Below are positions 20,124 through 24,000 of a stretch of 24,000 nucleotides of DNA, one piece after another. Position 1 is the first letter of the stretch, and each line of letters opens with the position of its first letter. The stretch covers positions 12,630 through 36,629 of the forward strand of contig NZ_AYMQ01000004.1 in assembly GCF_000633355.1 (NCBI RefSeq). The letters are read 5' to 3'. The stretch is from Serratia sp. H1w (GTDB taxonomy: Bacteria; Pseudomonadota; Gammaproteobacteria; Enterobacterales; Enterobacteriaceae). Under the pieces are notes generated by a model. The model made no database searches and was not told the DNA's origin. It saw only the letters and a list, made by a program, of their open reading frames with translations. Both the position numbers and the translations under genes were made by a program.

Positions 20124-21671
20124 GTGGATACCAGTTTGGTTTACGGTATTGGTGGCGTGGCGATAGGCTTACTGCTGGGGTGGCTGATCGCCAGCCTGCG
20201 CGCGCAACAGCACGCTGCGCAGCATGAAACCGACATGCGCCTGCTGGAGCAGTCTTTGCAGCAGGCCCAGCTTGAAACCACTTCCCGCCAAGAGACGCTG
20301 CAACGCCACGAACAACTGCTGCGGCAAAACGATCTGGAACTGCGCACCCTGCACAGCCAACTGGCCGCCGGGCAGGAGAGGCTGCAACAGCTCAACCACT
20401 GGCGCAATGAATGCGAACTGCTGAACCAGGAGCTACGGGCACAGCGCGAAGTCAACAGCGCTCAGGAAGCCGAGCTGCGTGAGGTGACCATCCGCCTGGA
20501 GGAAACCCGCATGGCCGCAGAAGAGAAGCAGCGGCTGCTGATCAGCAGTGAACAACGCTTGACCACCCAGTTCGAGAATCTGGCCAACCGCATTTTTGAA
20601 AGCAGCGGCCGCAAGGTGGAAGAACAAAATAAACAGAGCCTTGATAGCCTGCTGCTGCCGCTACGCGAGCAGTTGGACGGTTTCCGCCGCCAGGTGCAGG
20701 ACAGTTTTGGCCAGGAAGCACGCGAACGCCATACGTTGACACATGAAATCCGTAATCTACAGCAGTTGAATGCCCAAATGGCTCGCGAGGCGATCAACCT
20801 CACCAAGGCACTGAAAGGCGATAATAAAACCCAGGGTAACTGGGGTGAAGTAGTGCTGAGCCGCGTGCTGGAAGCCTCTGGCCTGCGCGAAGGGCATGAG
20901 TATGAGACACAGGTTAATGTGCGATTGGATAGCCAAAGCCGTATGCAGCCAGATGTGATCGTGCGTTTGCCGCAGGGTAAAGACGTAGTTATCGACGCCA
21001 AGATGTCGCTGGTGGCCTATGAGCGTTACTTCAACAGCGAAGATGATTTCGAGCGCGAAGCGGCCTTGACCGAGCATATCACTTCACTGCGTGGGCATAT
21101 TCGTGTGCTGGGCCGGAAAGATTATCAACAGTTGCCCGGCCTGCGTTCGCTGGATTATGTGCTGATGTTTATCCCGGTGGAGCCGGCCTTCCTGCTGGCC
21201 ATCGATCGTGAGCCAGAGCTGATTAGCGAGGCGTTGCAACATAACATCATGCTGGTCAGTCCAACGACCCTGCTGGTGGCGTTACGCACTATTACCAACC
21301 TGTGGCGTTATGAGCACCAGAGCCAAAACGCCCAGCGTATTGCCGATCGCGCCGCCCGGCTGTATGACAAGATGCGGCTGTTCGTTGACGATATGTCGGC
21401 CCTGGGGCAAAGCCTGGATAGGGCGCAGGGCAGCTATCACCAGGCGATGAATAAACTGAGTGAAGGCCGTGGTAATCTTATCGGCCGGGTCGAAGGCTTC
21501 CGCGCGCTCGGGGTTGAAATTAAACGCCCCATCAACCCGCTTTTGGCGCAGCAGGCCGCGGAACAGCAGGACGATGAACTGCTCGGCGAAGCCGACGAGG
21601 AGATAGCCTCGTTACCTGGGGAAGACGACGACGATAGCTCCGAACAATCGCATCGCGCATCGCACGGATGA
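20124..21671 (+). CDS. rmuC: DNA recombination protein RmuC
   Basis: The ORF track starts at TTG 20109. The GTG at 20124 follows AGGAGG (20114-20119). There is an N-terminal TM helix and a Q-rich coiled coil. Long stretches are near-identical to E. coli RmuC (LREQLDGFRRQVQDSFG.EA.ERHTLTHEIRNLQQLNAQMA.EAINLT.ALKGDNKTQGNWGEVVL.RVLEASGLREG, MFIPVEPAFLLA, MLVSPTTLLVALRTI.NLWRYEHQS.NAQ). The C-terminal tail is acidic. Confidence 0.92.
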   Translation: MDTSLVYGIGGVAIGLLLGWLIASLRAQQHAAQHETDMRLLEQSLQQAQLETTSRQETLQRHEQLLRQNDLELRTLHSQLAAGQERLQQLNHWRNECELLNQELRAQREVNSAQEAELREVTIRLEETRMAAEEKQRLLISSEQRLTTQFENLANRIFESSGRKVEEQNKQSLDSLLLPLREQLDGFRRQVQDSFGQEARERHTLTHEIRNLQQLNAQMAREAINLTKALKGDNKTQGNWGEVVLSRVLEASGLREGHEYETQVNVRLDSQSRMQPDVIVRLPQGKDVVIDAKMSLVAYERYFNSEDDFEREAALTEHITSLRGHIRVLGRKDYQQLPGLRSLDYVLMFIPVEPAFLLAIDREPELISEALQHNIMLVSPTTLLVALRTITNLWRYEHQSQNAQRIADRAARLYDKMRLFVDDMSALGQSLDRAQGSYHQAMNKLSEGRGNLIGRVEGFRALGVEIKRPINPLLAQQAAEQQDDELLGEADEEIASLPGEDDDDSSEQSHRASHG

Positions 21672-21749
21672 TGCCGCTGCAAGGTGGGGTATTACGCCGC
21701 TTTCTGGTACACTCCACGACACTAAATTGACTGAATGGCAGGCAGGACA

Positions 21750-22505
21750 ATGGCAGATCAAGCGCAGGAAACCACCGATTTTGGCTTTCGTACCGTAGCA
21801 AGAGACGAGAAGCAGGCCATGGTGGCTAACGTTTTTCACTCGGTAGCGGCAAAGTATGACGTGATGAACGACCTGATGTCGTTTGGCATCCATCGTATCT
21901 GGAAGCGTTTTACCATCGATTGCAGTGGCGTACGCCGCGGCCAACGCGTGTTGGATCTGGCCGGTGGTACAGGCGATCTGGCTGCTAAGTTCTCCCGTAT
22001 GGTGGGTGAGCAGGGGCAAGTCGTGCTGGCGGATATCAACGATTCCATGCTCAATATGGGGCGCGAAAAACTGCGCGACCACGGCATCGTTGGCAATATC
22101 AGCTACGTGCAGGCCAACGCCGAAGCGCTGCCGTTCCCGGATAACTATTTCGATTGCATCACCATTTCCTTTGGCCTGCGTAACGTCACCGACAAAGACA
22201 AAGCGCTGCGCTCGATGTTCCGCGTGTTGAAGCCGGGTGGCCGCCTGCTGGTGCTGGAGTTCTCCAAGCCGCTGCTGGAGCCGCTGAGCAAGGCCTATGA
22301 CGCCTATTCATTCCACGTGCTGCCAAAAATTGGCGAGTTGGTGGTGAAAGATCCAGACAGTTACCGCTATTTGGCCGAATCGATCCGTATGCACCCCGAT
22401 CAGGAAACTCTGAAGGGGATGATGGGCAATGCCGGCTTCGAGAACGTCAACTACTTCAACCTGACCGGCGGCATCGTTGCGCTGCACCGGGGTTTCAAGT
22501 TCTGA
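21750..22505 (+). CDS. ubiE: Ubiquinone/menaquinone biosynthesis C-methyltransferase
   Basis: The ORF track starts at 21735. The ATG at 21750 ([13 protein letters not shown]) gives 251 aa, as in E. coli UbiE. It is near-identical throughout, including the SAM motif [11 protein letters not shown]. Confidence 0.95.
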   Translation: MADQAQETTDFGFRTVARDEKQAMVANVFHSVAAKYDVMNDLMSFGIHRIWKRFTIDCSGVRRGQRVLDLAGGTGDLAAKFSRMVGEQGQVVLADINDSMLNMGREKLRDHGIVGNISYVQANAEALPFPDNYFDCITISFGLRNVTDKDKALRSMFRVLKPGGRLLVLEFSKPLLEPLSKAYDAYSFHVLPKIGELVVKDPDSYRYLAESIRMHPDQETLKGMMGNAGFENVNYFNLTGGIVALHRGFKF

Positions 22506-22506
22506 T

Positions 22507-23127
22507 ATGGAAATGCCGATGCTGTTAACCCCGTTACTGACCGGCGTGCTGGAAACCTCACTCAATAGCCTGCTGTTTCGCGATCGCAGCATGAAAGCGG
22601 CCCGCCAACGGTTGGTGGGCAAAGTGCTGCGTATCGAGTTACAGGAGCTCTCTTCGCCGCTGGTGCTATTGTTTAGCGAACAGCGTGTGGACGTACTCGG
22701 CCAGTCTGAAGATAGCGCCGACTGTACGGTACAAACCCGGGTGCCGGTGCTGCTGAAATTGCGCGATCGTCAGCAGCTTTCCCCGCTGATGCGTAGCGGC
22801 GAGCTGATTGTCGAAGGCGATATTCAGGTGGTGCAACAGCTGGTCGGTTTGCTCGATCTGGCGGAGTGGGATCCAGCGGAATGGTTGGCGCCTTATGTGG
22901 GTGATATTGCCGCGCAAGGGATGAGCCAGATCGTAGGCAAAGGCCTTGGTCTGCTGAAATCCGGCTTGCAGAGCCAGCAACGCTATGTGGCGGAAACGCT
23001 GACCGAAGAGTGGCGCATGGCTCCCGGCCCGTTGGAAGTGGTGTGGTTTAACGAAGAGGTTGATGCCACCGTTCGCAGTGTGGACGCACTGATTGCCCGT
23101 ATGGACCAGTTGGAGGGTAAACGATGA
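22507..23127 (+). CDS. ubiJ: Ubiquinone biosynthesis accessory factor UbiJ (SCP2 domain; YigP)
   Basis: The ORF track starts at 22477, inside ubiE. The ATG at 22507 lies 1 nt after the ubiE stop. [46 protein letters not shown] and [22 protein letters not shown] match E. coli UbiJ. Confidence 0.85.
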   Translation: MEMPMLLTPLLTGVLETSLNSLLFRDRSMKAARQRLVGKVLRIELQELSSPLVLLFSEQRVDVLGQSEDSADCTVQTRVPVLLKLRDRQQLSPLMRSGELIVEGDIQVVQQLVGLLDLAEWDPAEWLAPYVGDIAAQGMSQIVGKGLGLLKSGLQSQQRYVAETLTEEWRMAPGPLEVVWFNEEVDATVRSVDALIARMDQLEGKR

Positions 23128-24000
23128 CCCCTGGCGAAATTTGCCGCCTGTATTTGATCGTGCGCGTTTTCCTTAGCTATGGTCTGGATGAACTGATCCC
23201 CAAGATGCGCTTGACCCTACCGTTGCGCATTGGCCGCCGCTTGCTGTTCTGGATGCCGAACCGTCATAAAGATTTACCGTTGGGCGAACGTCTGCGTCTG
23301 GCGCTGCAAGAGCTGGGCCCGGTGTGGATCAAGTTCGGCCAGATGATGTCGACCCGCCGCGATCTGTTCCCGCCGCATATTGCTGACCAACTGACCCTGT
23401 TGCAGGATCGGGTTGCACCGTTCGATGGTGCACTGGCGCGTAAGCATATCGAATTGGCGATGGGCGGCCCGCTGGAAACCTGGTTCGATGACTTTGACCA
23501 GCAGGCGTTGGCGTCGGCTTCGATTGCCCAGGTGCATACCGCCCGGCTGAAAACGACCGGCCAAGAGGTGGTACTGAAAGTGATCCGCCCGGATATTGGG
23601 CCGATTATCAAAGCCGATGTGCGCCTGATGTATCGCCTGGCAGGCTGGGTGCCTAAGCTGATGCCGGACGGTCGCCGTCTGCGTCCGCGCGAAGTGGTGC
23701 GTGAATATGAGAAAACCCTGCTCGATGAGTTGAACCTGCTGCGCGAAGCGGCCAACGCCATCCAGCTGCGCCGTAACTTTGACGGCAGCCCGATGCTTTA
23801 CGTGCCAGAGGTTTATTCCGATTACTGCCGTGAAAGCGTGTTGGTGATGGAACGGATTTACGGCATCCCAGTGTCGGATATTGCGGCTCTGGAACAGCAG
23901 AATACCAATATGAAGCTGCTGGCAGAGCGTGGCGTCCAGGTGTTCTTTACCCAGGTCTTCCGCGACAGCTTCTTCCATGCCGACATGCACCCAGGCAATA
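23124..24000 (+). CDS. ubiB: Ubiquinone biosynthesis regulatory kinase-like protein UbiB (ABC1/ADCK family), N-terminal ~292 codons; continues past the right edge
   Basis: Not in the ORF track because no stop lies in the window. The ATG at 23124 overlaps the ubiJ stop (ATGA). The translation reads [26 protein letters not shown]...[37 protein letters not shown]...[26 protein letters not shown]...[10 protein letters not shown], as in E. coli UbiB. Confidence 0.93.
   Translation, partial: MTPGEICRLYLIVRVFLSYGLDELIPKMRLTLPLRIGRRLLFWMPNRHKDLPLGERLRLALQELGPVWIKFGQMMSTRRDLFPPHIADQLTLLQDRVAPFDGALARKHIELAMGGPLETWFDDFDQQALASASIAQVHTARLKTTGQEVVLKVIRPDIGPIIKADVRLMYRLAGWVPKLMPDGRRLRPREVVREYEKTLLDELNLLREAANAIQLRRNFDGSPMLYVPEVYSDYCRESVLVMERIYGIPVSDIAALEQQNTNMKLLAERGVQVFFTQVFRDSFFHADMHPGN

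Noticed and set aside
23274-23990. 238-aa and 165-aa minus-strand ORFs opposite the right-edge region
   Set aside because: The plus strand here encodes an unmistakable UbiB N-terminus, absent from the ORF track only because it has no stop in the window. The minus-strand ORFs are shadows.

Overview
Chromosomal segment of an enterobacterial genome. It looks Yersiniaceae-like (Serratia/Rahnella type), judged by eye from protein similarity, GC in the mid-50s % and repeat content; none of this was computed or searched. Left to right: (1) sialic-acid catabolism genes, with nanK truncated by the window edge and divergent from nanE-nanA; nanA is the NPL/Vibrio type. (2) A stand-alone B3/B4-domain protein with an AraC regulator. 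(3) A ~9.6 kb block colinear with the long-cryptic E. coli frw/pflDC/ptsA/fsaB locus: a yijO-like AraC regulator, a minus-strand operon frwC-frwB-pflD-pflC-frwD, and divergent ptsA-fsaB. This amounts to a private PTS phosphorelay, a glycyl-radical enzyme with its activase, and a transaldolase-fold aldolase. (4) The conserved core ysgA-udp ... rmuC-ubiE-ubiJ-ubiB (ubiB runs off the right edge). This core is interrupted between udp and rmuC by a ~4.4 kb four-gene accessory insertion: a Cys-based PTP-like phosphatase, a DedA membrane protein, a secreted histidine-phosphatase-family protein and an OprD-like porin. Intergenic DNA is rich in repeats: a GTAGGGGCGC..CATG..GCGCCC REP family (5 copies), a stop-codon-abutting hairpin repeat (3 copies, two forming a MITE-like inverted pair) and one ERIC element. 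I saw no tRNA, rRNA, CRISPR array, transposase or integrase. The best candidate for an interesting system is the PTS + glycyl-radical enzyme + aldolase island. Its radical enzyme carries an eliminase-type (not pyruvate-formate-lyase-type) active-site signature, so the usual automated label would be wrong. All start-codon refinements, motif calls and repeat coordinates were made by manual reading.
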